64,000 nucleotides of DNA from Leucoraja ocellata (taxonomy: Eukaryota). The notes beneath the pieces were generated by a model. The model was not told the origin of the DNA. It searched no databases and saw only the letters and a list, made by a program, of their open reading frames with translations. Both the position numbers and the translations under genes were made by a program. The stretch lies in NCBI GenBank assembly GCA_036785375.1, contig JAWMAR010000040.1, positions 806,001 through 870,000 of the forward strand. The letters run 5' to 3'. This document shows positions 12,938 to 26,269 of the stretch, one piece after another (position 1 is the stretch's first letter; each line of letters starts with the position of its first letter).

Positions 12938-14034
12938 CCAAAAATCGTAACACTANNNNNNNNNNNNNNNNNNNNNNNNNNNNNNNNNNNNNNNNNNNNN
13001 NNNNNNNNNNNNNNNNNNNNNNNNNNNNNNNNNNNNNNNNNNNNNNNNNNNNNNNNNNNNNNNNNNNNNNNNNNNNNNNNNNNNNNNNNNNNNNNNNNNN
13101 NNNNNNNNNNNNNNNNNNNNNNNNNNNNNNNNNNNNNNNNNNNNNNNNNNNNNNNNNNNNNNNNNNNNNNNNNNNNNNNNNNNNNNNNNNNNNNAAAATC
13201 TCACCTGCCTGTTTCAGTGACAGACACCCACCGCCAGTAAATGAAGACACCCCCATCTGTCTCCCCCTCCTCTCCCTCGACTCCCCCACCTTTCCCTCCC
13301 AACTCCAGTCCCGTCCCGACCCCCTGGGAAACTGAAGGTTTCCCGCTGTAATTAAAGAGTTCCCACGGTAGACTGTAAAACTGGGACCCTGGTTCTGGAC
13401 TCCCCCAACATCGGGAACATTCTTCCTCCATTTAGCCTGTACAATCCTGTAGATACGATTAGACAGGTATCTAGTTATTTAATTCAATTAATGATTTCTA
13501 TCGCCCAGCCTCTCATCTTTCAATCGGGTTCGGCCAGGAAGGAACTGCAGATGCTGGATTAAAACGAAGATAGACACAACATGTAGCTCAGCGGGACAAG
13601 CAGCATATCAGAAGGGTCTCGACCCAAAATGTCACCCATTCCTTCTCCCCAAAGATGCTGCCTGCCGTCGAGTTACTCATTCTCTTTAAACCGGCATCTG
13701 CTGTTCCTTCCGACACATACACAAGAAATAAGCAACTTTTCGGGCCGAAACGTTGCCTATTTCCTTCGTTCCATAGATGCTGCTGCACCCGCTGAGTTTC
13801 TCCAGCATTTGTGTGTGTGGGTGGGAGTTGGGGGGGGTTAGAGAGATAAGGCAGCCTGAGGAAAGGCTCGCCTGTCAATTTCCCTCCGTAGATGCTGCCT
13901 GGCCCGCGGAGTTCCTCCAGTTAGAAACTGCTTTCAGACAAAAAGAGACACACTGACATTAATGAAATGCTTGTTAGCTAGTTTTATTAGATTTGTATGT
14001 AAATAGCAAACTGGCTGGATTCACTCTATCCAAC

Positions 14035-14323
14035 TTCCGGGTTCACCGTTCGCAGGAGTTCCCACGGTAACTGCAAGAGTTACTACGGATATCGCACTGG
14101 CCACTACGTTCATAAAATGTTGCAATGCTCAACCACAAGTGTACAAGTCACTCTTGGACAAATTCAAACATGTTTGAATTTTCTCCCGAGTACCCAAGTT
14201 ACACGATTACCTGCCGTTAGCGCCACGGTGGTCTACGAATGCCGTACTGTATTCGCACGAGGTTCCCACGATGTTAAACTCTGGTCACCTCGTGCGTCAA
14301 GTCGCCCCGTGAAAAGGGGGTTT
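14035..14323. mobile_element. Probable PIF/Harbinger-type MITE fragment
   Basis: Perfect 22-bp palindrome AAATTCAAACATGTTTGAATTT (14160-14181), repeated GTTCCCACG, terminal GTGAAAAGGGGGTT. Only one end is visible. Confidence 0.4.
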
Positions 14324-14819
14324 CAACTCTATGCTAAAACTATTCATAATTTTGAATTGGCCTACCATAAGAGTCCTTATACTTTTTAAAGAGAAAACCC
14401 CAACCACAAGTTGCCACATAACTAAAATTCCTTATCTTTGAAACAATACTTCACAAAGGTGATTGGCCAGTTGAGCTTGTTTTGTGTAGTATTTTGAGAG
14501 GAAGGAATGTATATGAAGAATGTTGTCTAACATGAAAAATAAGGCCTTTTGTATGCACCCACCTTTGAGTTACTAGCTTTCCTGAGGTTGTTGAAAAGTT
14601 TAAGCTAATTTAATTCAATGATGCATACAACAAGATCTTTCAAATAAAACATTGGGGTTCAGTTCAATGTGAATTTCCATATATTTTGCTATTTCAATTC
14701 CTAAAGAACTTCTGCGATCTTCTGTCATGGAATGCAATAACTTTCGTTAAAATTAATCTAAATTGAAATAACTACTTAAGAAACACACCTATTCACTCAA
14801 AATAATAGGAATACTATTT

Positions 14820-15388
14820 TATTCAGATTCAGATTCAGATTCGATTTTAATTGTCATTGTCAGTGTACAGTACAGAGACAACGAAATGCATTTAGCATCT
14901 CCCTGGAAGAGCGACATAGCAAACAATTTGAATAAATAGTAATAAGGGGGGGGGGGGGGGGGGGGTGGTGATGAGGGGCAGTCCACCGAGGTACGTTGTT
15001 GCGTAGAGTGACAGCCGCCGGAAAGAAACTGTTCCTCGACCTGCTGGTTCGGCAACGGAGAGACCTGTAGCGCCTCCCGGATGGTAGGAGGGTAAACAGT
15101 CCATGGTTGGGGTGAGAGCAGTCCTTGGCGATGCTGAGCGGCCCTCCGCAGACAGCACTTGCTTTGGACAGACTCAATGGAGGGGAGCGAGGAACCGGTG
15201 ATGCGTTGGGCAATTTTCACCACCCTCTGCAATGCCTTCCGGTCAGAGACAGAGCAGTTGCCATACCATACTGTGATGCAGTTGGTAAGGATGCTCTCGA
15301 TGGTGCAGCGGTAGAAGTTCACCAGGATCTGAGGAGACAGATGGACCTTCTTCAGTCTCCTCAGGAAGAAGAGACGCTGATGAGCCTT
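14820..15388 (-). mobile_element. Rex1/Babar-like LINE 3' end
   Basis: NFYRCTIESILTNCITVWYGNC..DRKALQRVVK and LPSGRRYRSL. Tail (GAATCT)n. Confidence 0.85.
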
Positions 15389-16704
15389 CTACTAGGTTCT
15401 TGCCATTACCATAGTCTACTAGGTTCTTGCCATTATTCCAATGACCAATGCATCCCACAAGAAACGGGATTGGCCGGCATTCACTATGGGCTGTCTAAAA
15501 TCCACGTGTGGCACCGAGTTTATAAATGAATGAAAATTGAAAACTTTTCATGGTTGATATTTATAGACGACATGAAAGATTTATTGCTGAAACCTTAAAA
15601 TTTATTTTTCTAAGGAGGCCTTCAGTTCTATTTTTGGATTTTATTTAAAATTCAAGCCCCAAGGATAATTTGATTCACCATTAGAACAACCTCTATAACC
15701 ATATTCTCTTATTCTTCAGTCCTTTATGTGTCATCTCCCACCCAACCCCAACTACCCTTTTAATTCTCAGCAATTTCACATTGGAGCCTACACATTCAAG
15801 TTTTTAACCTAGTTCAAGGAAGAATCTATCAAAGAGGCAAAATGTGATGGCTCAGTAACATTGTGAGCCAGGCTGCAGCCTTTCACTCCAACCTCCAATC
15901 GAGCAGCATGATGGATGTCCCCTCACTTGAAGTCCCCATATCCTTGATTCTGATGGCCCTAAGAGCTATATCTAATTATCTCTTGAATATACCCAGTGAA
16001 TTGGCCTCCACTGCCTTCTGTCAGAGAATTCCACAGATTCACAACTGTTTTTGTTTTTTTATTATGAGGTATTGTGTGATTGTCATTGATGATAAAAAAA
16101 ATGAATTTAATCTATTTAGAATAAGCCTGTAACGTAACAAAATGTGGAAAAAGTTGTCTGAATACTTTCTGAATGCACTGTAATTCCCTGTTTTCTCTCT
16201 CCCTCCTTTCTTAAAAAGTGGGGTTCCATTAGCTACCCTCTGCAGGAACTGATCCAGAGTCCATGGAAACTACAGAGTTGATGTAAATCAACGGAAATAG
16301 CAAATGGGCTAAATGTAGAATTAGCGTAAATTCTACAAGTCGATGGTTGGCGCAGATGAGGTGTGCTGAATAGCCTTTTGGTCCACTACATCCACACTTA
16401 TCAGTGTGCATCCATCTTTATTAATCCTAGCACATGCCCAGACCATTCAACACACCTCTTCAGTGCTGCCAGCGACTCAACTTCAGTGTTATATGTCTTG
16501 ATGTCTTATGGAGGCATTCAGAGGCTTGAGCACCAAATCTAGGCAGGCCCTCGAGCGTTGGCTTACTGGTGTGCTGCAATGTTCAAGGTGCAACCTCCAA
16601 CTTAAAATGTTACGTTGATCTACCGTTACTGCAATTTCTGATCAAACATTCTTTCCCACCTGGGTCCCAGATCACTGTCCAACATCACTAAAATGCATGG
16701 CAGA

Positions 16705-17590
16705 AAAAAATGTTGGAGAAACTCAGCGGGTGAGGCAGCATCTATGGAGCGAAGGAAATAGGCAATGTTTCAGGTCGCGACCCTTCTTCAGACTGATGTG
16801 AGGGTGAGAGCGGGAAGAAGAAAGGAAGAGGCGGAGACAGTGGGCTGAGGTAGAGCTGGGAAGGGAAGGAGAAAGCCGGGACTACCTGAAATTGGAGAAG
16901 TCAATGTTCATACCGCTGGGGTGTAAACTGCCCAAGTGAAATACGAGGTGCTGCTCCTCCAATTTACGGTGGGCCTCACTCTGGCCATGGAGGAGGCCCA
17001 GGACAGAAAGGTCGGATTCGGAATGGGAAGGGGAGGGGAGTTGAAGTGCTGAGCCACCGGGAGATCAGGTTGGTAATTGCGAACCGAGCAGAGGTGTTGG
17101 GCGAAGCGATCGCCAAGCCTACGCTTGGTCTCACCGATGTAGAGCAGTTGACACCTAGAGCAGCGGATGCAATAGATGAGGTTGGAGGAGGTGCAGGTGA
17201 ACCTCTGTCGTACCTGGAAAGACTGCTTGGGTCCTTGAATTGAGTCAAGGGGGGAGGTAAAGCGACAAGTGTAGTATTTCCTTCGGTTGCAAGGGAAAGC
17301 GCCAGGAGAGGTGGTGGTTTAGGTGGGAAGGGACAAATTGACCAGGGAGTGACGGAGGGAGCGGTCTCTGCGGAAAGACGATGGGGAGGAGGTAGGAAGA
17401 TGTGGTCAGTGGTGTGATCCTGTTGGAGGTGGTGAAAATGTTGGAGGATTATTTGTTGTATGTGACGGCTGGTAGGGTGGAAGGTGAGGACAAGGGGACT
17501 CTGCCCTTGTTACGAGTGTGGGGATGAGGAGTGAGAGCAGAGTTACGGGGTATCGAAGAGACCCTGGTGAGAGCCTCATCTATAGTAGAA
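16705..17590 (-). mobile_element. Penelope-like element, second copy
   Basis: Reverse complement of the 8180-9040 region (TIDEALTRVSSIPRNSAL, GIY-YIG region). Hammerhead motif at 16765-16791. Confidence 0.85.
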
Positions 17591-17620
17591 GAATGAGGGC
17601 TTCCCTGAAGAATGAGGACT

Positions 17621-17820
17621 TCTCTAGCACAGAAGGCAGTGGAGGCCAATTCACTGGATGTTTTCAAGAGAGTTAGATTTAGCTCTTAGGTCTAAAGGAA
17701 TCAAGGGATATGGGGGGAAAAGCTGGAACAAGGTATTGGATGATCAGCCATGATCATACTGAATGGCGGTGCTGGCTCGATGGGCCGAACGGCCTCCTCC
17801 TGCACCTATTTTCTATGTTA
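17621..17820 (+). mobile_element. CR1/HER1 3' end
   Basis: GGATGATCAGCCATGATCA...CTCCTGCACCTATTTTCTATG. Confidence 0.75.
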
Positions 17821-17859
17821 GGCTTTTTTGGGTGAAGTTTCAGGTAAATGAAAAGCTTG

Positions 17860-18500
17860 GCTGTTTTGGCCAGTGCGTGGAGTTGGAGCAGGTCAGCTCT
17901 GCCCGTCCTGCCTCTCTGACTGACGTCTACGAGCGCGGCCCCACCTTCTCTTTGGACTAAACTTTCTTCCTTCTTCTGCCGCTGAGTGCAGGTCGGTGCT
18001 CAGACGCAACTCAGAGTGTGTTTATTTGCCCTTCGTTTGAGTGATTATTTGAAACAAAATACGTTTGTTCTTTACCCCCTCGCCCTCCCGCTCAGAAAAT
18101 AAGTTGACAAAAGTCGCCGCCGCCGCGAATGAAGTTTCACGGAAGGCGAAATGTGGAATGAAAGTTAGTTTTGTTTCCTGGATGAGATGGCATTGAGTCG
18201 GTGGAAGACCCCGTTGTTGCTGCTGGGCAGCGTCTTGCTTCAGGTGAGGATACGGCGAATTGAGAGCTGATTACTGACGGTAGAGAGCGGGGGGAGGAGG
18301 AGGAGGAGGAGGAGGTGGGTGGGTGGGTATGAGAGCTGGCCGACCTGCGGAGGACTGACTGCCCTGTACACCTGTCGAGCTGTGGCTGACTCTCCTGCTC
18401 CAAGAAGCTGCGCTGCCGCTATGGACAGAGATAGCCCGGCTGAAGTCTTTTCTGACCCAGTGTTGGGTCCTTCCTGGGCCCTAACGCGGAGGGATTGTTA
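17860..18500 (+). promoter_or_regulatory. CpG-rich promoter / first-exon region of the host gene
   Basis: High CpG density in non-repeat sequence (gagcgcggcc, gtcgccgccgccgcg, gagcgggggg) around a signal-peptide exon, in an otherwise CpG-poor background. Boundaries approximate. Confidence 0.7.
18187..18243 (+). CDS. PTPRJ: Coding exon 1 (signal peptide MALSRWKTPLLLLGSVLLQ) of an R3 receptor-type tyrosine phosphatase, PTPRJ-like
   Basis: ATG in strong context (GAGATGG) after an in-frame TAG at 18166-18168. Basic n-region plus Leu-rich h-region. Donor CAG|GTGAGG, phase 0. Resembles the recalled end of human PTPRJ exon 1 (LRWALPLLLLLLRLGQ). Confidence 0.75.
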
Positions 18501-19071
18501 AGTTATTTCGGAATTATCTTGACGTTCATGTGTTACAGAATTATGATTTAACCGAGTACACCCATGATTGCAAATTTCAAATTTACGAGTGGAACTAACC
18601 CAGTAATCCTACGTATCCGTGTTTGACCTGTTCCAGCAAAACATTAAAAATTAATAGATACATATGGAAGTTAACATCTACCAGGATTTAGCAGAATGTT
18701 TTTTTTTACATTTTAGAAATGTAGTGTTTGCTTATGGAACATGTTTAAAATGAAAATATCTTTTGAAAACGTGATGTTTTCCACTGTTATTTCCATCATT
18801 CAGAAATAACATTGAACTAAGTCTATGGATGTTCGTCTCCCATATCTTGGCGTGAATTCCAGTCTAATTTTGAGGATCATGTGTATTTGAGGGTAATTTT
18901 GAGGACAAGGGACTGCAGATGTAGAATTTGAAGCAAGAAGTGAGCTGCTGGATGAACTCAGTGGGTTAAGCAACATCTGTGGAGGCAAAGGGATAATCAA
19001 CATTTTTGGTTGAGTCCCTACATCAGGAGGGTTATGACCCGAAATGTTGGCTACCCCTATGCCACTCTTGA

Positions 19072-19380
19072 TTGAAAGATGCAGCATGGAAACAGGCCCT
19101 TCGGCTGTCCAACCGAAGGCCGCGTGCCGACCAACAACCACCTGTTAACACAAGTTCTATGTTATTCCACTTTCGCATCCACTCCCTACACACCAGGGAC
19201 AATTTACAGAGGTGAATTAACCTACAAATCTGCCTGTCTTTGGGATGTGGGAGGAAACCAGAGTAGCCAGAGGAAACCCACGCGTGTAAAACGTGTAAAC
19301 TCCACACAGACAGCACCCGAGGTCAGGATCGAACTTGGGTGTCTGATGATGTGAGGCAACAGCCCTACCAGCCATGCCAC
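19072..19380 (-). mobile_element. HE1-like SINE
   Basis: Same family as 9724-10022; B-box GTTCGATCC on the minus strand. Confidence 0.75.
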
Positions 19381-20339
19381 TCCAAAACTGCTTAACTCGC
19401 TGAGTTCCTCCAGCAATCTTTTTTTGCTTTGAGGAATCTGCTGCTCCATTCTTCAGTAATATTGCTCCTGGCAATAGTAATCTGGCTTCTATTCCAGTCA
19501 AACAGGCAGTGGATAAAATATCCGACTTACATTTTGTAACTTTCGGTAACTGTCATCCAACATCTATCTGTTCTGATGTCTGACAACACCATTGAGGGTC
19601 TAATAAAATATTCTGCTTGAAAGCATTTAATTTAGTCGCTGAAATAATTAATGGATTTTTTTAAATTCCAGAAAAAAGTATGATATTGCCTTTATTCTAT
19701 ATCTTTATTCCTTATTAGACATTGCATTTCTTAAAATCTAAAGGCTGTTCTCAATTTGAATGCATTCCAAAAGTAGTTGAAATGTGGTCGTGATAGACTA
19801 ACACCTTATCAGCTTCATGGGTAATGGTCTATAACACCATTATGATTAACTGCTTCTGAGCAGGGCTGTGAACCTCTTCATCCACATTTGATTATTGTTG
19901 GATAAATGGACTAGAAATGATAAAGGTTTACTTCCTTTTATAAGAATTAATCCAAACCAGACACTGACAGAAATGATGTCACATTGAATCAATGCCCCGG
20001 GTGGCAGTGAGGGAAATTCTACATTATCTATATTTAATTGACAATTTTGTTTTGTAAAATGAATTTCCTGTTATAGTTTTTTTTTAATTGTAGTTTCGCA
20101 TGACTGCAAAGTCTGGCCTAGTTTTGCAGTGTTAGGCACTTCGCTGGGCCACTCTTCTCAATTAAAATTAACTCGCTGTCACAATCTAAAAATTTGCAAA
20201 CAAGATATGAATTTCACAACTCAACTGGAAATATTAAGATTGTTAGTTAAACCATGCCATTTATGTGCATTCCAGTTCAGTGGCACAAAAAGGCCAGAGG
20301 TTAGTCTGGTAATATGCAATATTCATATTGTATAGAGAG

Positions 20340-20635
20340 AGGCAGCACAGTGACGCAGCAGTGGAGTTGCTGCCTTACAGCGCTGGAGACCCGGGTTCGA
20401 TCCTGACCACAGGTGCTGTCTGCACAGAGTTTGTACATTCACCCTCCGGATACTCCGGTTTTCTCCCACACTCCAAAGATGTACCGTTTTGTTGGTTAAT
20501 TGGCTTCTGAAAATAAAATTGTAAACATTTTCCATCGTGTGTAGGATAGTGCTAGTGTGTACAGGGTGATCAATGGTTGGCGTGAACTCAGTGGGCTGAA
20601 GGGCGTGTTTCCACGCTCTACCTCTAAAGTCTAAA
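20340..20635 (+). mobile_element. HE1-like SINE
   Basis: A-box-like GTGACGCAGCAGTGG, B-box GGTTCGATCC, central TCTCCCACACTCCAAAGA, tail CTAAAGTCTAAAG. Confidence 0.8.
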
Positions 20636-20959
20636 GGGAATATAAAGTGACTGGCTAAATTAACAGTAGAAAAGTGGAGTTACTATTCATATCACAGAAG
20701 CCTATTCTGATTCCTTTTTATTTCGTGGGTTTCACTATTCATTCTGATGCCTTTTTTCCTGGTGTGAATTTAAGGTGTCGTACTCTCTTAATCCTAGAAT
20801 CTGAAAGTTAAAGACCACTTTACGACTTGGTCTGCACAACACAATTCTGTGACAAAATAAAAGAAGACATTGATAAACTTTCAGAATGGACATGTATTGT
20901 ATTTCATTTATTACATCATGTATTTTGCTTGGAAGAATAACGTACAAAGAAAAGATGTA

Positions 20960-21595
20960 CAGTGGGATCTTGGGGTCCAAGACCAAAGCTCCCTGAAAAT
21001 GATAACACAGTAGTTGGAGTGGTAAAGAAGACGTATACTTCCCTTCATCGATTGGGATAATGAGTGTAAGAGTCAGGAGGTCATGTTGTTCCTTCACAGG
21101 ACTTTGGTTAGGCCGCATTTGGAGTATCATATGCAGTTCTAGTCACCAGTTGCAGGAAGGAAGTGGAGGTTTGGGAGAGGGTGCAGAAGAGGTTTACCAG
21201 AACGTTTCCTGGATTAGATGGTATTAATATAAAACGAGGTTGAAGAAAGTTGGTGTGTCAGAGGCTGAGGGGAGCCCTGATGGAAGGATATAACATTATG
21301 AGAGGCGTAGATAGAGTAGAAAGTCAGAACCTGCTATGGTGGAAATGTCCAATGCTCGAGGACATTGCTTAAGTGTGAAAGAGACAATGTTTAAAGGAGT
21401 TGGGCAGGCAAGTATTTGTGGGTGCCTGGAATGTGCTGCCAAGGGTGGCGGTGGGGCAGAGATTATAGTGGCATTTAAGAGGTTTTTAGAGAGGCAGATG
21501 GATGTGGAGGGATATAGATCATCTGCAGGCAGAGGTTGACCGTTCATGCTCATCTCAAGGGCCTGTTCCTGACAGGCACCATTCTATGTTCTAAC
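20960..21595 (+). mobile_element. Degraded CR1 3' region
   Basis: LVRPHLEY relic (GGTTAGGCCGCATTTGGAGTA) and TTCTATGTTCTA tail. Confidence 0.7.
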
Positions 21596-24500
21596 TAAGT
21601 GGTAGAAATGGTGACTAGATTGGCAGAGAAGCAATGAAATCCAGAGGTGCATGTGCACCACGAAAAGTAGCAATGCAGTTTTATGAAGTAATTTTTAAAA
21701 AGGAAACCAAATCAGAGTTGTTAATTTCTGAGGAGATGGAACTGAAATGCAAGGCTGTTCTGTTAGACGTTGATTGGTTTAAAGAACTGTCTGCATTTCT
21801 GGTCTCATTTTAAATATATGTAGGTGGGCTGATGAAGGTGCCAAAAATAATTGTACCGGAACTGAAAGGATATACTTGCAAGAAAAGGTTGAACAGTGGA
21901 CTCGTTCCTGTAGAAATGAGGCAGCAGAAGATAATGTTAAAGGCCATTAAGACTGACAATTCTTTAACAACTGATAAGAAGACAATGTGAAGAAAATGTC
22001 CACTTTTGCACAAGTCCAAGTCGTAAATCGTAAGATTCATAAATGTAACTTATCCTTTGAGGGATCTTGTAATTGGTGGTAGGGAAGTAAAATATGTGAC
22101 CATGAGGAATAGATAAGGCAAGTAGAAATAATTAGTGGGAAGCTAGATACATTCATAAGAGAGGAAGGATTAGAAGGGTTTCATGGAGAGGGTTAGGAAG
22201 ATGTTAAAGTGGAGCGTAAACACCAGCACAAATGAGTTGGGGCCAAATGGCCTGTGAATATGCCATGCTTAATCATTATGACCTAATTTGATGCATTATT
22301 ATTCTTATACTTTTTAAACTCCTATATCGGTCAGTAATAGAGGTTTGGGTTAGCTTCTTTNNNNNNNNNNNNNNNNNNNNNNNNNNNNNNNNNNNNNNNN
22401 NNNNNNNNNNNNNNNNNNNNNNNNNNNNNNNNNNNNNNNNNNNNNNNNNNNNNNNNNNNNNNNNNNNNNNNNNNNNNNNNNNNNNNNNNNNNNNNNNNNN
22501 NNNNNNNNNNNNNNNNNNNNNNNNNNNNNNNNNNNNNNNNNNNNNNNNNNNNNNNNNNNNGGTTTTATAAAATAAGTAAATAACATTGATTAAGGATGTA
22601 ATAATATATACTTTAAGGGTGGCTCTCAAAAACCTAGTTTAAACTGCAAACTTAAGGTAGAGGTGATGATTTCAACAACCCAATGGATTATTAAAAGATT
22701 GAGTTGGTGAACACAAATAGTAGGAGGTTGATTTTATGAGAAATATTCAGCACGGATATGATGATGTGAATCAACTTACAACACTGAGCCTGCTCAAAGT
22801 TATTTATTGCTGTTATTGATTGACCAGGATGTACTATTCATGACAAATGTGGATTGTTGTAATACTGTCCACTTTTACTTAGTCTGGCCAATCTATTTGA
22901 CACGTTTAATGTTGTATGTCGTCCCAGCAAACCCGCAGCTCTATAAAAATAGAACATGAAGGCAAAATGAACTGTTGATGTTGAAGTCTTGTACAAAACA
23001 GAAAGTGCTGGAGGAACAAAATTTCTACTATAACATTTAAAAGACATTTGGACAGGTACATAGATAGGAAGGTTTGGAGGAGTATTTGCAGATGGGACTA
23101 GTGTAGAGAGGGTATCTTGGTCGGCATGGGTAAGTTGGGCCGGAGGGCCTATTTCCGTCTTGTATGACTTTATTATGACTCAGCTGGTGAGGCCATATCT
23201 GTGGAGGGAATGGACAGTCAATGTTTGGGCTGGGTCACTTTCTCAGATTCAGTGTTTTGTTAAAAGTAGCATATTGGAAGCATTCAACAATTCAGGCAGC
23301 ACCCGTGGAAGGAGCAAACATTTTTGATAATTTTTCATTCCATGGAATCCTTCCAATCATTTCTATAGTTGTCTGATGCTTGCTGTCTATTTTGAATTTC
23401 GCAAACTGTTTTACAATGTGTCTGAACCCTTGTGATAATGAAGTGGGAAATGTTGTTTCACTGGCAGTTACCAGGTCCAGCCATCCTCACATATCTAACG
23501 GATGCTTAAGCAGTCAAATGTAAGAAATGGCAGAAAGATCTTATTTACATAATTTTATTGAAGTGAAAAATGAGAAAGTCACGATTTTTCTCGTGAATTT
23601 GTTGCAAGAATGGCGCGTTCTGTGTTGCCTAGATTTACTGACTTGATGTCTCCCTTCACAAATTGTCATTATCAATATATATATTTCTTGTCAAATTTTG
23701 ATAACCCCTCCATAGTTGGTATCATTTATTTAAATCACAGAAGCTGCCACGGCCTTTGTAGGCCTGTTTATCTGGTTTTAGGACGGATTGTGCCACCTGT
23801 AACTGATCCTTTTGGAATAGAAAATGCAGCTGAGGTAACATGCCAGGCCAGTGTTAAAGGAACAAATATCATCACCAAGTTGTGGGGTAACTCCACGAGG
23901 TTAGGCAGCATCTCTGGTGAACATGGATTGGTAATATTACGTAGAAACAAAGAACTGCAGATGCTGGTTTATACCAAAGATAGACACAAAGTGCCGGCGT
24001 ACCTGAGCGGGTTAGGCAGCATCTCTGGAGGAAGAGGATGTGACGTTTCAGGTCAGGAGCCTTTCTCAGACTGAAAGTAGGGGGTGTTGAATTGTCTAAT
24101 TTTAAGTTACTTCAAAGTACACTCTCCTCCCTTCCCCCGCTTGCCCCCTTCCTCCAGACTAATGGTTTCACCAGTTCCACAGTCTCCACATTGTTTCGCT
24201 CTTGAGATTACACCTTCCCAGGCCTGCAATGGGCCAACCAAGACTCTGCCGTGCCTGAGGTCACTGGCGGCCAGCCCTGCTAGCAACTGGTTCTTGTCTC
24301 GCCTCCAGCTCTTCAACGTCCCCACCCCCTGCTGTCAGTCTGAACAAGGGTCCCGACCAGAAATGTCACCCATCTTTTTTTTTCCCAGAGATGCCACCCT
24401 GACACACTGAGTTACTCCAGCACTTTGTGTCCCTCTTTGGTAATATTTTGGGTTGGGATGCTTCTTCAGAAACAAAGCTTTGGTGTTTGGTTTTCTAACA

Positions 24501-25489
24501 CTGGACCTGGCCCCGTGAGGTGACAATTTCTCAGGACACTGCTAATGATTTACGTCTGGCTAACAAAATCGAGAAAGAGATACAATGCAACAGGGCCTTT
24601 TGTTAATCACAGAAGTACATCATTGAACACAAGTTTGGTGAGCAGCTTGCCAATGGTTGCGAGTTTGGCTCTGAGAGTACCCGTGTACTCAGAATAAACC
24701 TTTTGCCAACTTGAATCTATGCTGCCTGGAACAATGTGAGTAGATATGTCCAATTGGAGAGAGTGTATCAGCAGTTGCCATCAGGGCAACAGTAGTTCTG
24801 AAACTGATTTCGTAATAACTCGGTTGAATGAATGTTAAATATAGTAACCGATGACAGCATGTGCAGATATGTAGCTAATTTAAGAGTTTGTAAATCCAGT
24901 AATTTAAAAAAAACTTCAACAATCTAAGTAGAGCTGGATAAAGAAAATAAGCTTTTAATACCAGCTAACAAAATAAAAACAGGTTATGCTGGAAATATTA
25001 ATCGGTCTTTCAGTGGCTGAACTTTACATACTCTGGTTATAGTAAAAACTTTAAATTTATTATGTTCCCCATCTGCAACTCCATTTAAACCTTCAAATGC
25101 CTGAAAGGTTGGATTTGAAATGGCCTATTTACAAAACAACACGAGCCAAAGTATCTAAAAGTAAATGGCAGATAAAACAAATGTGAATGGTTTAATAGTT
25201 TCATATATCTGTGAATCACAAATGAATGAATATGTATTGAATGATTTTTCTGTTTTCATCACAACTATCTGGCAAATGGTTTTGGTGGGGTATCTTATAT
25301 ACTGTTACTCAGTAGTGGAAAATTGATTGATGGTATTAATAGATTGTTTAGGTTGTCACCTTTTATAAATATCATATGAACCACATGGGATTAGAGACGG
25401 TGAAAAGAGGAAGTGCGGAATACATTCAGCTGCGACCATTCTGGGTGTAAAACAAATGTCTACAAACAGCCAGGCCGGTTCTAATCACT

Positions 25490-25918
25490 CCCTCTCCTCC
25501 TTCTCTCTCTCCTCTTTCTCTCTCTCCCCTTTCTCTCTCTCCCCTCTCTCTCTTCTCCCCTTTCTCTCTCTTCTTCCCTTTCTCTCTCCACCCCTTTCTC
25601 ACTTTCTCTNNNNNNNNNNNNNNNNNNNNNNNNNNNNNNNNNNNNNNNNNNNNNNNNNNNNNNNNNNNNNNNNNNNNNNNNNNNNNNNNNNNNNNNNNNN
25701 NNNNNNNNNNNNNNNNNNNNNNNNNNNNNNNNNNNNNNNNNNNNNNNNNNNNNCTTCTCTCCCCCCCCTTCTCTCCCCCCCCTTCTCTCCCCCCCCTCTC
25801 TCCCCCCTCTGTCCCCTCCCCCCTCTGTCCCCTCCCCCTCTGTCCCCTCCCCCCCTCTCCCCCCCCTCTCTTCCCCCCCCCCCTCTCTCCCCCCCCCCCT
25901 TCCCCCCCCCCTCCCTTG
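25490..25918. repeat. Polypyrimidine low-complexity tract spanning an assembly gap
   Basis: CT/C-rich simple repeats on both sides of the N run 25610-25753. Confidence 0.9.
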
Positions 25919-26269
25919 CCAGACACAAAGCTAGAGTAACTCAAGAGGACAGGCAGCATCTCTGGATAGAAGGAAAGGGTAACGTTTTGGGTTGAGATCC
26001 TTCTTCAGTAGTTACAGAAACTACCCACCAGTTCAGGCAATAGCAATTAATAGGGAAAAATTAAGTGAATATCACATGTAATTTTAATTCTCCAAACCCT
26101 CCCACTCTGTATTTGAACAATGTTTCAGTGAAGCCCAATATGAGTAAGCACTTGGAGCATCTCACTTTCCAACTGGGAATGTTGCAGCCTTTGGCACTTC
26201 ATGTTCAAATGAATAATTTAATATAATTTGTCTTTCTAGTTTGTTTCAGAAACATCCAGTCTTGGTTTA

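Noticed and set aside
12782-13289. ORFs spanning N runs (also near 22.3 kb and 43.6 kb)
   Set aside because: They are artefacts of unknown bases.
20340-20410. A/B boxes as a tRNA gene
   Set aside because: No full cloverleaf is evident and the sequence continues into the HE1 SINE body.
23610-24074. 154-aa ORF
   Set aside because: No recognisable domain, and its 3' part is Penelope-type terminal repeat sequence.
25426-25995. Gly/Arg- and Pro/Ser-rich ORFs
   Set aside because: They are translations of low-complexity sequence read through an N gap.
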